DNA of 64,000 bases from Octopus bimaculoides (taxonomy: Eukaryota), in the NCBI RefSeq assembly GCF_001194135.2, contig NC_068998.1:28223136-28287135 (forward strand), written 5' to 3'. This document shows, piece after piece, positions 51,813 to 64,000 of this stretch (its first letter is position 1; the number at the start of each line of letters is the position of its first letter). Made by a program: the position numbers and the translations under genes. A model generated the notes under the pieces. The model ran no database searches. It saw only the letters and a program-made list of their open reading frames with translations, and was not told the DNA's origin.

Positions 51813-53077
51813 TTAGATTATCTCATGTGAAATGTCACATTTGAAAAAGGAAACATTAAAATTGTTTTTTCAGTTTTAGAATATTTATTTATTTAATTAA
51901 AATATGATCCTTGTTCATTTATGACCTTCATTCAATGTTCCTATAAGACATATTCCATCTTCAAAGAATTTGTTGTCTTTTACACTGAGAAACTGTTCAA
52001 CTGCTTCAATTACCTCTTCTTTATTTAAGAATGTTTTATTGCATATAGCAAGCTCAAAGTGTTTAAATATGCGATAATCAGTAGGAGAGATATCAGGAGA
52101 CTAAAGAGGATGTGCCAAAATTTCATAATTCAGGCTTTGCAATTTGTGGACCCTAGCTTTAGAAGTGTGAGGCTGTGCATTATCATGAAACAAAATTGGG
52201 CCATCTCTATTCACTAATCTGGGTTGCTTCTTTTTTAATTTTTTATGCATACAATCAATTTCCTGACAATAGGACGTTGCTGTTACAGTTTTTCCTTGTT
52301 GCAAAAAATGAATAATGAATAACCCCCTTTGTTGACCACCATACAGTGACCATCAACTTTTTAGGGTGCAATGGTGGTTTTGGATAGTGTTTTGGTGACT
52401 CTCCTGCATCTAACCACTGTCCTGTCCTCTTACTGTTATCAAAGAGTATCCATTTCTCATCACACGTAATGAGTCGATACAAAAATGGTTCTTTTTCCAA
52501 CCAAGAAATCAACATGGAACACACTGTAAGGCGTCTGTTTCTTTGAATCTCATTAAGATGATGGGGAACAAACCTATCACTCTTTTTGACTTTTCCAATA
52601 TTTTTCAAGTGTCGAGAAACAGTTGCGGGAGATGTCTGAAGCTCTGATCTGATTTTTTGGACCATTGTTCTTGGATTTCGTTTAACCAAAGCATTCAATT
52701 CCTCATGCCAAATAACTGATTTTGGTCTCCCTCTTGATTCATTTTTAAGGTTTTAATTTCCTGAACGAAATCTTTGGAACCATCTCTGAACAGTTCTAAT
52801 GTCAACAGAATCGTTATCAAAAGCTTGCTTGATGTTTCGTAGAGTTTTGGTGGCAGAGTGACCCAACTTGTATTCGTACAAGAAAATCACTTGGTATTGT
52901 TCAGTTGTGAACATTTTCATAAGAGCTGTGGGTAGCAATTTTGAATAATAGTATTGTATAGAAAGAAAAGAGTTAGGAGTAAACACAAGCATACACATTA
53001 AAACCTTCCTTAAAATCCCATTTATAGATGACTCATAAGAAACCTATTTAAAATACATTTCATGTGAGACAACCTGA
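51813..53077 (-). mobile_element. Full-length decayed mariner (DD34D) transposon
   Basis: TA|TTAGATTATCTCATGTGAAATGT and ACATTTCATGTGAGACAACCTGA|TA TIRs; FVPHHL, ITCDEKW, FHDNAQPH, HP..SPDISP motifs with frameshifts. Confidence 0.92.
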
Positions 53078-54439
53078 TATATATATATATTTGTCAATTT
53101 CCTAGACAAATCATTGTTGTTTTTCATAAGACAGATATTGCATTTGCTAGTTGCTGGCTGAGGTTGTTTATTTGTAGTCCTACTATATACGCTGATAATG
53201 AAATGAAAAATTATTAGCTTTAATGATTAATTCTGATCAAGAAAGCCTTGACAGAAAACTCTAAAACCTAAACAAATTAAAATTTGAAAGAGATGGGCTA
53301 TCCTAGTGACTGCTATGTGTGCTGGTGGTAGAGTTGTCAATTGAAACTATTATCTGCTTATGTTATTACCCCTATTTGTAGTCCTTTTAGTGATCCTACT
53401 GTACTGAAATTGTCTCACTGCATTCATGTGAGACAAATCTATTGTAACACCCATTCAAACCTTTCACCATTTAAAAACAAATACAATTTGTCCTCACCAA
53501 CTTATTGCATCCCCAAAAATCAGTTGTAAAATAACAGAATGTGCAATGTTTAACTTAACAAATTGAATTGCCAATGTTTAGGACCTGTTGTCTATTCACA
53601 AGAGTCCAATTCATAAAACTGGGGCCAATAAATCATTTCAAAAATTATTAACTGAATCTTCCTCATAATTTCTCATATAGGCAGCAGTTGAAGATTTTAT
53701 TGTCATGTAGACAGAACAATAAACTACACCCAAGGCAATATTTGAATTTAGTGTTAAAAATTTAATGAAATACTTCTCTTGCTGGAAATTTCTCTCGGTT
53801 GTTCTTCTAGGCTATCATTGTTAGTCAGTTTAATTTATACACACAAAACCCTGCTATATCTCCCTCTGTAGGCTTTCTAAAATCTTCGAGGCATAGTTAG
53901 ATTATATTTCACTGATGAGGTCTCAAACATGTCTGTAGTTGTCATCCCACTGCTAAAGATCAGACTTATTTCCCACTGCATTCTGTATTTAATTGGTTTG
54001 TCCCTTACCTTTTTATCATTAAGATACTTGTTCTCATCCCTAAAGCAATAATATTAATAGATTAAGGTTTCTTGGCTTACTGTACCAAATATGTTAATAG
54101 CAACTTTATTTCTACATCTTCATACAGCAGACATCCTGGGTAATTGTCTCCAGTCATTCTACTATATAGTCATTACTACTTCTTACCTTTGCTTAGTATT
54201 CACAACAAGACTGACTTTGCCATTTGAAAATTAAATTACATTCTATATAAATTTTTGGTGCCGTTTTTACTGCTAAAATAGTCAAAGCTGGCTAAGTCAA
54301 AGTAGCTGGTGGTGTACCAGCTGGAGAGTTAATAGTTTGGAATCTAATCACCAGTTCTTCCAGACAAAATGCTCCTCACTAGAGACCTTAAAAGTTGTCA
54401 TTATCATGCCTACCTCTGGCTGTTTTGTTTCTATTTATT

Positions 54440-54890
54440 CTCATTATTCATTTATTCTTTTCTTTCATTTGTTTCAGTCATTTGACTTGGACCATGCTGG
54501 GATACCAACCTGAAGGGTTGACTCCAGTCCATATCTTAAGTTCTTAAGTCTGGTACTTAATATATCGGTTTCCTTTTGCTGAAGTACTAAGTTTCAAGTT
54601 CATAAAGAAACCAAGCACCAACTTAAATGGAAAGAAGCAAGCATGTGTGTGTGGGTGTATGTACATATGTGCCTGTGTTTATGTGTGTATGTATGTGTGT
54701 GTGTGTGTGCACCCCCCCCCCACAAATAGGCTTCTATGCAATATCCATTTATCAGATTCTCTCACTATGCATTGGTTAGCCTGAGGCTATATTAGGTGAT
54801 ATTTGCTGAAAGTCCAGTTGAGTAGAACTGAACCCAAAACCTCATATTTGCCAAGTAAACTTCTCAGCCGGATAGCCACGTCTGCGTATT
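54440..54890 (-). mobile_element. CORE-type SINE, near full length
   Basis: CATTTGTTTCAGTCATTTGAC...CATGCTGG 3' part through the tRNA-like head AGCCGGATAGCCACGTC. Confidence 0.7.
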
Positions 54891-55529
54891 ATCAAATTAC
54901 ATTTCCAATACCAGGCAAATGACACCAGAATTACTCTCCTTATGTATAACAACAGTCATCCAATTAGATGGAATATAGAATTAAAACACAATTATTGTAA
55001 CTTGATGAAACATCATCACCATCATCACCATTTAACATCCACTTTCCCATGCTTGCATGGATCAGATGTTCTATGGCTGGATGCACTTCCTGTCACCAGC
55101 CCAGAGCTGTTCCTGTGCAAGTTAACATTTTCCCATGTTTTTCATGGAACACTGGAAACAATTGTTTGTACGATGATGATACTCATTTACAGCCATCACA
55201 TGATGTCTAGACAATGGTAAACACAAACATACATACGTGCACAGAAAGATACATTCACCCTCTTACACACATCTATCTGTCTGTCTGTCTGTCTGTCTGT
55301 GTACCTGCCTGCCTGTCCGTCCATCTTTCTTTCTCTCTCTCTCCTCTTCCTCTCTCCATATGTATGTATGTATGTTCTCTTCCGCTTTTTAATTTAGGAT
55401 AAATTTTGATTGGCTATCTACTTTGTAGCAAGGTTGTGAAGGAAAGCATCTTGTTTTCTTCACCAACCTTTTGGTCTTAAGGAGGTCTTGCAAATTTTTA
55501 TAGTCCTAGATATTGTGATCACTTCTGCA

Positions 55530-57400
55530 TGAATTAAGGATGTGTGTTCTCCCCACAAGAAACAAAGTTTAGCCATACTTTGTTCCAGACTGGTTGACTC
55601 CAGTAATATATGGTATAAAGCTGAAAGGGTATCTTGGGTACTGGATTTGCAAACCTTTTCAATGGTCCATAGATGTCCTCTTTCTTTTGTGTTTTTCTAG
55701 CCATATTAGTGTCCAGAGGGCAGCTGATTTCCACAACATATCTTTTCCTTGTTTCACACAACAACATCTGGTCAATTGTGTTTTAACTTGGTGGCCGTTT
55801 TAATTTTTAAAAGTTTCATCAATATTCATTTGACCCATTGACCTTAACAGAGTCAACTTCATCTCACATCTGCATTTGGAAATATTTTATTTAGTTATCA
55901 TTTCCTGTTGTATTATTTGATATAATTATTAAATTAATATTATCACTGATTATCTAGAGAATAGTGATTTAATTATTTATCTTCTTTGATTATTGCTTTT
56001 GTATCTGATTTTTCTTTTACGTTTGTAGTAGTCATTGGGGATTTGTTCATATTTTACACAAATTGTTGGATCAAATGTTTCACTAATTCTTGCTCTACAT
56101 TTTCTATATCATTTATCAGAAATAATCGGGTAACATTTCTTGCAGGATTTGAACTCAAGGCACTTGCCAGTACCTTAACCACCTCATGTATCATACAATC
56201 ACACAAGGTCTGTTTTATATTTTTCCAGTATCGTATAAATACTTTACCCATAAGACAAGTAATGACATTACCTTAATTAATAAAAGAAATATTCCTTTTC
56301 ACCTTTTGAGATTGGTTAAATACACAGACACTGCTAATGTTCATTGGGAAAAATATGACCATCAGAATTTTTCCATTCCCTTCTGTAAAGTTGTCTATCT
56401 TTCAAGAGAAATCATTAATAATAATATATTGAAATGTTGAATGATACTTCTATCAAACATTTAAAGGGGAAAATAAATATTCTATGACAAAAGGCCGAGT
56501 GACTTTTCTTCATTTGTTGTTTTGTCTTTCTGTTACATAGAAATGTGGAAGAAGGAGGAGCTGAAGTAGTAGACTAAGACAACCGAGTGGAAGGATAACT
56601 CTTGGAATAAAGTGCCTTTACAAAGAATATTAAAAAAATTATTTGTTACATAAAATATCTTTGATAGAGAAATTTATATTTGCATAATTTATTCCATACC
56701 CAAATAAACCACATCGTTTCTGATAACTTCAGCACTTGTAAACAAGTGGAAAATTGACACAAACACTGATGCTATAATTATCTCCCTTAGGCTAATGCAT
56801 TAATTTACTTAGCTTACGTATAGACTCTCTGGAGTTAATTATGCTGGTACTGTTGAATAAATAAAGTAAAGAAAGGTTAACATGTGAAAAAAATGCTATC
56901 TGGAATTTGAAAATGGCTACATGCAATTCTGTAGACAACCATAGGCTCCTCTGGTAATCAAATTCATTGAAAGCACACACATTTTGAAGAAGAGCAAATA
57001 TTTATTCAACCATAAAAAAAAGCATTAACTTGATATTTATTAACATTTTTCTGGAGGAAAATACAAAAATATGTGGTAGTTAAGGAATTATGAATTATAG
57101 GTAAAGCATTATACAATCAGAGCAATAAATTGATGGCTGGGCTGAAGTAGTGATACTCTCATCAAATATTGGTGATGGTATACTCTGCAGTTTTGATGTG
57201 TCTCTTACCAATCTCAGGGGAGAAAACAACTTGTTGAAATCAAAATTGCTTCAAAATGTGTTGTTTTCCCAAACAGAAGTAGTTTTTCTGATTGATGGTG
57301 TCTCCATATTACACAAATTTCCTAACTCTCACATTTGTCTCTCAGAAATGTTAAAAGGAAACTTAAATAGATTTATAGCAAAACAAACCTTTTAATATAT
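55530..57400 (-). mobile_element. Decayed non-LTR retrotransposon with restriction-like endonuclease (R4/Dong-like)
   Basis: VVEISCPLDTNMARKTQKKEDIYGPL then (frameshift) LQIQYPRYPFSFIPYITG; degenerate DYQRAY and GDNYS RT motifs upstream. Confidence 0.6.
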
Positions 57401-57468
57401 TTTACCTCTTTATCTTACTGTGATTTAATGAGGGAACTTGTTAATTATGCTGGCCATTTAGTGTTGTA

Positions 57469-57520
57469 ACATCAATAATTAATCAAATACATCAATAATT
57501 AATCAAATACATCAATAATT
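57469..57520 (+). repeat. 20-bp tandem repeat, ~2.6 copies
   Basis: ACATCAATAATTAATCAAAT repeated. Confidence 0.9.
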
Positions 57521-58679
57521 CATGTAATACATTGGTATTTAATTAAATCATAATTAATCAATGATATCAATAATTTATCAAAGTTTTCTATTTAACTAGG
57601 AACAGAGAGCAATAATTAAAAGAATAATGATATAGCATTTCTTTGCCAATGAATCGAGGCAAATAAAATATTCCCAAACAGGAAAATAGATGATATCTTA
57701 AATGATTGTAACTTGAAACTAATTTATTACTGTCTAAAGTTAAAACCTGATGGTGGAAAGCTTTAGCAAGCAATCAAATTAGATACCATAGAGTTCTTAT
57801 AAATGAGGACTTGAATGTGATTACATATTTCAATTAAGTAGCAAAAAACTTTGAAGTATTTCAATGCAAAAGGCATTATCTAACTGACAATAGTGTAGGG
57901 TTGAATTTAATGACTAAAATGTAGTTCATGATGCAGTATCTATGACCTTCTCAAGACGTGACTGTACTGATGAGGTAAATGCAGTTGAAGTCCATTTGAA
58001 AGATTTGTTGGTTGATGCTTTTTGGATTACTGTGGTTTTAGAAACATGAGATTGGGCCAAAAATGTTTAGTGGAGAATTTTGCAAATGGCGTGAGGTAAA
58101 AGAAAGAAAGCTGTAATAACTGGGGAGCTGCATAGAATAGCAGAAGCAATCCTCCTCCTCGTTGCATTGTTGTCATCGTAATCATCATCATTTAAAGTTT
58201 GTCTTTCATGCTTGGTTCTATAGAATTTGATAAGTCATCAGAGGACTGCATGGTCTGCCATGCCCTTGATGACTTAACCTCTTTATGTAGTGTACTAGTT
58301 GTGTCACTCGCAAGAATAAAGATTCCTCATGAGTGAGTGGAAGTATTGTAGAGAGTGAGGTGGCCTTTATGTTAGTTGTTCAGCGGTTAAAGCATGAATG
58401 AAAGTACAGGAACAGGTTACTTGTAGTGGAAATTCATGGTTAGCTTGCAGCATATTAGGGTGAGTATGAATTGTCGGGATGGAACTGGAAAGAAATAACG
58501 GTAGTGGTGACAAAGAGTTAGTGTGAGCCCTCAAGGCTAATAGAAGAGAAAATAGAGTCAGAAGATCAGAAAGGGTGTGTGTATGGAAGGTGCAAGAGCG
58601 TGTGGGGAGTGTGAGGAGGATGGCTGGCAGTCGAGCTGGATGAATATAGTGAATGGTAAACAAAGGTGGATAGATGGCT

Positions 58680-59001
<322 letters not shown>

Positions 59002-59358
59002 CAGTGAGTTTGTAGGGATATATTATTTGGGTAGATACTGTATTAGCTCTCAGTTAATTTCCAGTCAATGGCTAAACACCACAATTAGTATCTAACGTCT
59101 GTGATTACATTCAGTTGTTAGTCACTCTGTGAATTCTTCTGATGGGTAATTCCATGTTCTCTTTGTTGGACAGTAAAAATTATCTGGAGTGTATATTGAT
59201 ATTTATAATGATAACAAATATGAAGACTTGTACGTCCACAAAATTTATTTATAGTTATATACAACATATCATAATGACCTACACTTGTTTCCACTGCAAA
59301 AACTACTCAGTGTTGCTGCAATGTGTGTGTATATCTGTGTGTGTGTGTGTGTGTGCAC

Positions 59359-59405
<47 letters not shown>

Positions 59406-59929
59406 TATATGGATAAAATTCAGGATTCATGCGAATCAAGTTCTTATATAGTAAAGCACCAAGGTCGGGTCAATGAAATCGCTATCGTGTACAGAAAAAC
59501 ATTAGAAGAACATATACATACATACCAAAGTAAAGATGGATTCATATTCAAGTTGCATGTATGGTCACAATCATCTGACTGAATATACCAGGAGTCTCAA
59601 TGTTGCACCTAGGCACAAACACTGCACCAATTATACTGCACTCAAAAGACTCTAGATCTATACTAATTGCAGGTTCTGAATAAGGTGAATAATAAACAAA
59701 TAACAACAGATGGGTAGTGGTTCACTCACTACAGCCATTTCAGACATGTTTTTTATTGATGAATAAATTTATTACTGCATGTGAAAAATTATTTTTATCA
59801 GGTGAATATATGCATGAATTAAACATTTTAAAAAAACATTCCAATCAATCCAAGTATGTGCCTTTTCATGGTTCCCTGGCAAACTTCGTTTAGAGGACCA
59901 CAAAATGGCACATACTTGAATTCATTGGA

Positions 59930-60960
59930 ATCATCAGCATCATCATTATTCAACGTCCATTGTCCATGCTAGCATGGGTTTGACGGTTTGACCAGGGCTT
60001 GCAAGCTAAAGGACTGCAGCAGACTCCAGTCTGACTTGGCATGGTTTCTATGGGTGGGTGCCCTTCCTAATGCCAACCACTCTGAGAGTATTAATGGGTA
60101 CTTTTATGTGCCATCAGCATGGGTGCCAGTTGTGTGACACCAGTATTCACAATTTCATTTGGCTTGATGGCTCAAGCACGGCATATTGCCAAAGGTCTCA
60201 GTCATTTGTCATTGCCTCTGTGAGGGCCAATGCTGGAAAGGTGCTTTTTACATATCACCAGTAGAGGTGCTAGTTATGCAAGACCAGCATTGGCCACATT
60301 GCCTCTGTGAGGCTCAATGCTTGAAAGAAGCTTTTTACATGCCACTGGCACAGGTGCCAGTTACATGACACCGGCATTGGCCACAACAATAATTTCATTT
60401 GACTTGATGGATCTTCTCAAGCACGACATATCACCAAAGGTCTCAGTCACTAACCATTGCCTCTGTGAGGCCCAATGTTTGAAGATCATGCTTCACCACC
60501 TTCCTAGGTCTTCCTCTTCCACAGGTTCCCTCCACAGTTAGAGAGTGGCACTTCTTTACATAGTTGCTCTCATCCATATGCATCACATAACCATACCAGC
60601 ACAGTTATCTCTCTTGCACACCACATCTGATGCCTCCCATGCCCAACTTTCCTCTCAAGATGTTCACACTTTGTTGTACATGCATACTGACATTGCATAT
60701 CCAGTGAAGCATGCTAGCTTAATTTCTTTGAAGCCTACACATGTCCTTGGTGGTCACAGCCCATGTTTCACTGCCATGTAGCATAGCTGTTTGCACACAG
60801 GCATCATACAGTCTCCCTTTCACTCTGAGGGAGAGGCCCTTTGTTGCCATCTGAGGTAAGAGCTCTCTGAACTTTGCCAGGTCTATTCTTATTCTTGTAG
60901 TTATGTTCTTGGAGCATTCACCTCTACTACTGACTTGGTCACCTAAATAACTACCTCTAG
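59930..60960 (-). mobile_element. 5'-truncated RTE LINE, same family as 9250-10621
   Basis: (CAT)n tail, 3' UTR with internal repeats, RT C-terminal residues (antisense of GRGRPRK, CHSL.VEG). Confidence 0.85.
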
Positions 60961-61101
60961 CTTACCTGCCTGGCATTTGATGGAGTCTATTTTCTGTACA
61001 TATTTAGTGTTTATTTTACCTGTGCACCTTCCACACACTAAAGCTATTTTCCCAGTTAACCTTCCTCTGATATTGCTACACCTCTTATGTGTCCATATTA
61101 T

Positions 61102-61667
61102 TGGATGATTTAGCAGTTCACTAATGTGTACACATAAAACTAAAATAAACAGCAGTTTACAATGTTCCACCAAAAAGGAGAATTATAATTGTCACTAGAT
61201 GTGACTAGGGTGTTAGAAATATCTGCATTGCTAGAAATTAGAGCTAAAATGCTCCAGTCACATTTAGTGATAATTATAATTCTCCTTCTTGGTGAAACAT
61301 GGCAAACTGCTGTTTATTTTAGTTTTATGTATACACATTAGTGAGTTGCTAAATCATCCATTAACTTGGATGATGAAAACATATATACTAATGGAGAAGC
61401 AAGTTTGAAAAGAGCCAAACGTTTGAACCAGTCTTAACTGATGAGGCAGCAGAAATTGCTGAAATTGACATCAGTATTAAGAATTCTTGATTGGAATTTT
61501 CCAGATGATTAAGGTCCTTGTTAGTGTGTGTTTACCTTTATGTGCATTGACTACATTATTAGAGCATTTTAGCTCTTATTTCTGGCAATGTAGATGTTTC
61601 TAACAGCCTAGTCACATTTAGTGACAATTATAATTCTTTTTGGTGAAACATTGCAAACTGCTGTTTA
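61102..61667. repeat. Complex fold-back: A-L-A' ... L'-A'
   Basis: 61102-61206 inverted at 61256-61360; 61150-61254 inverted at 61562-61667 (truncated by (TA)n and a gap). Confidence 0.9.
61432..61482 (+). ncRNA. Type I hammerhead ribozyme motif
   Basis: Stem I TCTTAA/TTAAGA; CTGATGA; stem II GGCAG-CAGAAA-TTGCT (two G.U); GAAA; stem III ATTG-ACAT-CAGT (one G.U); GUA triplet (cut after 61476). Confidence 0.75.
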
Positions 61668-61823
61668 TATATATATATATATATATATNNNNNNNNNNNN
61701 NNNNNNNNNNNNNNNNNNNNNNNNNNNNNNNNNNNNNNNNNNNNNNNNNNNNNNNNNNNNNNNNNNNNNNNNNNNNNNNNNNNNNNNNNNNNNNNNNNNN
61801 NNNNNNNNNNNNNNNNNNNNNNC

Positions 61824-62040
61824 TCCAGTACTGTTCTGACCTCGTCTACAGAATTCGTATCTTTTCTGTTCAAATGGTTTTGAAGACCAGATGGGGCAAT
61901 GTCTGGTGAATAATGTGAGCAGGGCATCGTTTCCCATTCAAACTACTTCAGCTTTTGGAATGTCATCCTCGCTGGGCATTATCCTGATGGAAGAACACCT
62001 TTCGTCTTGAAACCAAAGATGGTCATTTTTCTTCTAGTAA
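61824..62040 (-). mobile_element. Mariner transposase C-terminal fragment
   Basis: HYSPDIAPS..LQNHL; continues into the N gap. Confidence 0.75.
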
Positions 62041-62064
62041 GGAAAAGAGCAACCAGTACCTATT

Positions 62065-62205
62065 GTAAAATGTTTGGTGTCAGGAAGGCCATCCAGCCAA
62101 AGAAACTGACTTGGAGCCTGATGTAGCCATGTGGTCACCAGATCCTATCAAACAGTCCAACCCATGCCAACATGGAAAATAAGAAGTTAAATGATGATGA
62201 TGATG
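62065..62205 (+). mobile_element. RTE-tail element
   Basis: GGTGTCAGGAAGGCCATCCAGC...GTTAAATGATGATGATG. Confidence 0.75.
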
Positions 62206-62559
62206 AGGAGGAGGAGGAAGTGGAGGGGAGGAGGGGGAGAATTACTATAGTTTTAGAGTGAACATTACGTTTAAATGAAATTAATTTCAAATTGAGATTA
62301 ATATTATTGTCTCTTTACAACAGGCTGGAACTGCTCAATAAAATTCTTAATAAAATTCTTTTACTCTTTTTGTTTTACAACTTACATATTTTATCACATT
62401 CTTGAGGTAAATGTTCACAAAGAAACAGCAACTATTTAACTGGTGTTGCTGTGTAGTTAAGTGTGGGTAACCTGATAATGATTGTCAATATAACTAGTTT
62501 TTGAGTAAAATTAAATTCAAATTGAAATCAGTATTAATATTATTATTCATATTATTGTC

Positions 62560-64000
62560 TACTCAGAATGCGTTTGAATTCTCACTGAAATTCTTTTCTT
62601 TAATTCATTTTCTAAATTTACTTGTGTCATAAAGTTTGTAAAATGGGAATATTAAAATCATTTTATTACCACATGTTTCTAAATGATTGCTTAATGGGAT
62701 ATGATGGTGACTTTAGAACTGTATCTTGCTGGTGTACTTGTGTGCATTCTAATGATGAGTTCTCTATCTGGTCAATATATACTTCTTTACAATTAGGCCA
62801 CTTGATGCAGAATAATCAGATTTCTGCTTCTACAGTTGATATTTAGATTTGGAAATTTACTTCGCCTAGTTTTTATATTGATATATAAACCAATATGTAT
62901 GAAGTGACAGGCCCCACATCAATTGTGTTTGAATACCATGAATGTTTTATCATTGTTGTTTAGGTCAAACTTTATCTCTGTCAATTGTTTCAAGATTTTT
63001 GGTTGCCTTTTACTTTGATCAATAATTAAATATTTTAGTTTGTTACTTTGTTCATTACACTAAATCAAACAAGTCTATCTAATGAAAGGCAAGTTTGATG
63101 TGATGATGTTAAAAATATTTTGATAACATGGATTGTGTGTCACTATAAAATGGATGATGTTCTGCTCTTGTGTTCTACTTTCTTGAGTTGCTCTAATCTG
63201 TTTTTTAGGTATTTGTTTTGTATGTTGTATACCATTTTCTGTAAGCCAGAGTTGATTTTTGTTTTTGAGTTGAAATCCCTTTCGCTCTGTGAGTTAATTG
63301 TTTCTGGTAGCTTTTCTGACAAGACAGTATGGGATATTATTTTTTGGTGTGCTGGCTGGCATGATTTTAAGTTCAAGTATTGATATGCATTTGTGTCTTT
63401 ATTATATTTAGTCATTGTGTTGTTGGTATTATATTTAATTACCATTGTATTAAGAAATAGTAACTGTGTATAGCTCATCATCTCCTTTGTGAATGGCAAA
63501 ATTGGATGTCAGTTGTTCAAAAGAAAGCTGAATACTTTTCAAGTATCAGCAGATTTTTTCTAAATTAAGAAACAATTGTCAATATATCTTTTCCATGTGT
63601 TCCCTATATATCTTCTAAAATCAATGTCATAATTTTCTCTATTCTTTGGTACAGGTTTTGATCTAAGTATCCTATAACTGAGTTTGCATTTACCAGAGCA
63701 AACCTGGTTCTCATGGTTGTGCTTCTAACTTGGAGATAATTTTTCAGATTGAAAAGAATGTGTTATTCTCAAGTACAACACTGGTTAATCTACTGGGAAT
63801 TGCCTCTCAATATTTTCAACCCAATATTTGATTGCTGTTATTCCTAAATCATGTGGAATATTTGTGCAGAGGCTTTTCTACATTAAAACAAACACAAAAT
63901 TTGGTTCTGTTGTTTTGGGTAGATGAGACATGAAATCAATGTTGTCACAAACGAAACTTGGTATGTGTGTACATGACAGTTTCAAGATGATGTCAACAAA
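62560..64000 (-). mobile_element. Decayed Penelope-like retroelement (RT plus GIY-YIG), runs off the window
   Basis: ANSVIGYL, WKRYIDNCFLI, QLLFLNTMV, YQYLNLKSCQP (RT/thumb); NLI..IKWPNCKEVYIDQ (GIY-YIG). Confidence 0.82.

Noticed and set aside
57601-57770. Possible next exon of the 49633 ORF
   Set aside because: Stops in all three frames shortly after the AG
57966-58005. CTGATGAGG...GAAAG
   Set aside because: No consistent stems I-III
62470-62540. AAATTGAAATCAGTATTAA resembling the 3' half of the 61432 hammerhead
   Set aside because: Upstream core is CTGATAA, too distant, and stems do not form; AT-rich chance similarity is not excluded

Overview
AT-rich, repeat-dense animal genomic DNA. 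The repeat content (RTE-tailed elements ending GGACGTTAAACGATGATGATG, tRNA-derived and CORE-type SINEs) points to an octopus/coleoid cephalopod; this is an inference, not confirmed. The one clearly intact gene is a 7-exon Rab8 on the + strand (CDS 2583-38917, 208 aa, ending in CaaX motif CKLL). It has a CpG-rich promoter with ETS-CRE and YY1-like motifs and probably a long TE-free 3' UTR. The introns and downstream region hold decayed mariner/Tc1 transposons, Gypsy, RTE, CR1-like, R4-like and Penelope retroelements, SINEs and MITEs. Most notable: two well-formed minimal type I hammerhead ribozyme motifs (8470-8512 and 61432-61482), each embedded in a long fold-back structure. The first forms the apex of a ~377-nt rod-like hairpin in the sense strand of Rab8 intron 2. 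All alignments and folds were done by eye; TE boundaries without TIR/TSD support are approximate.
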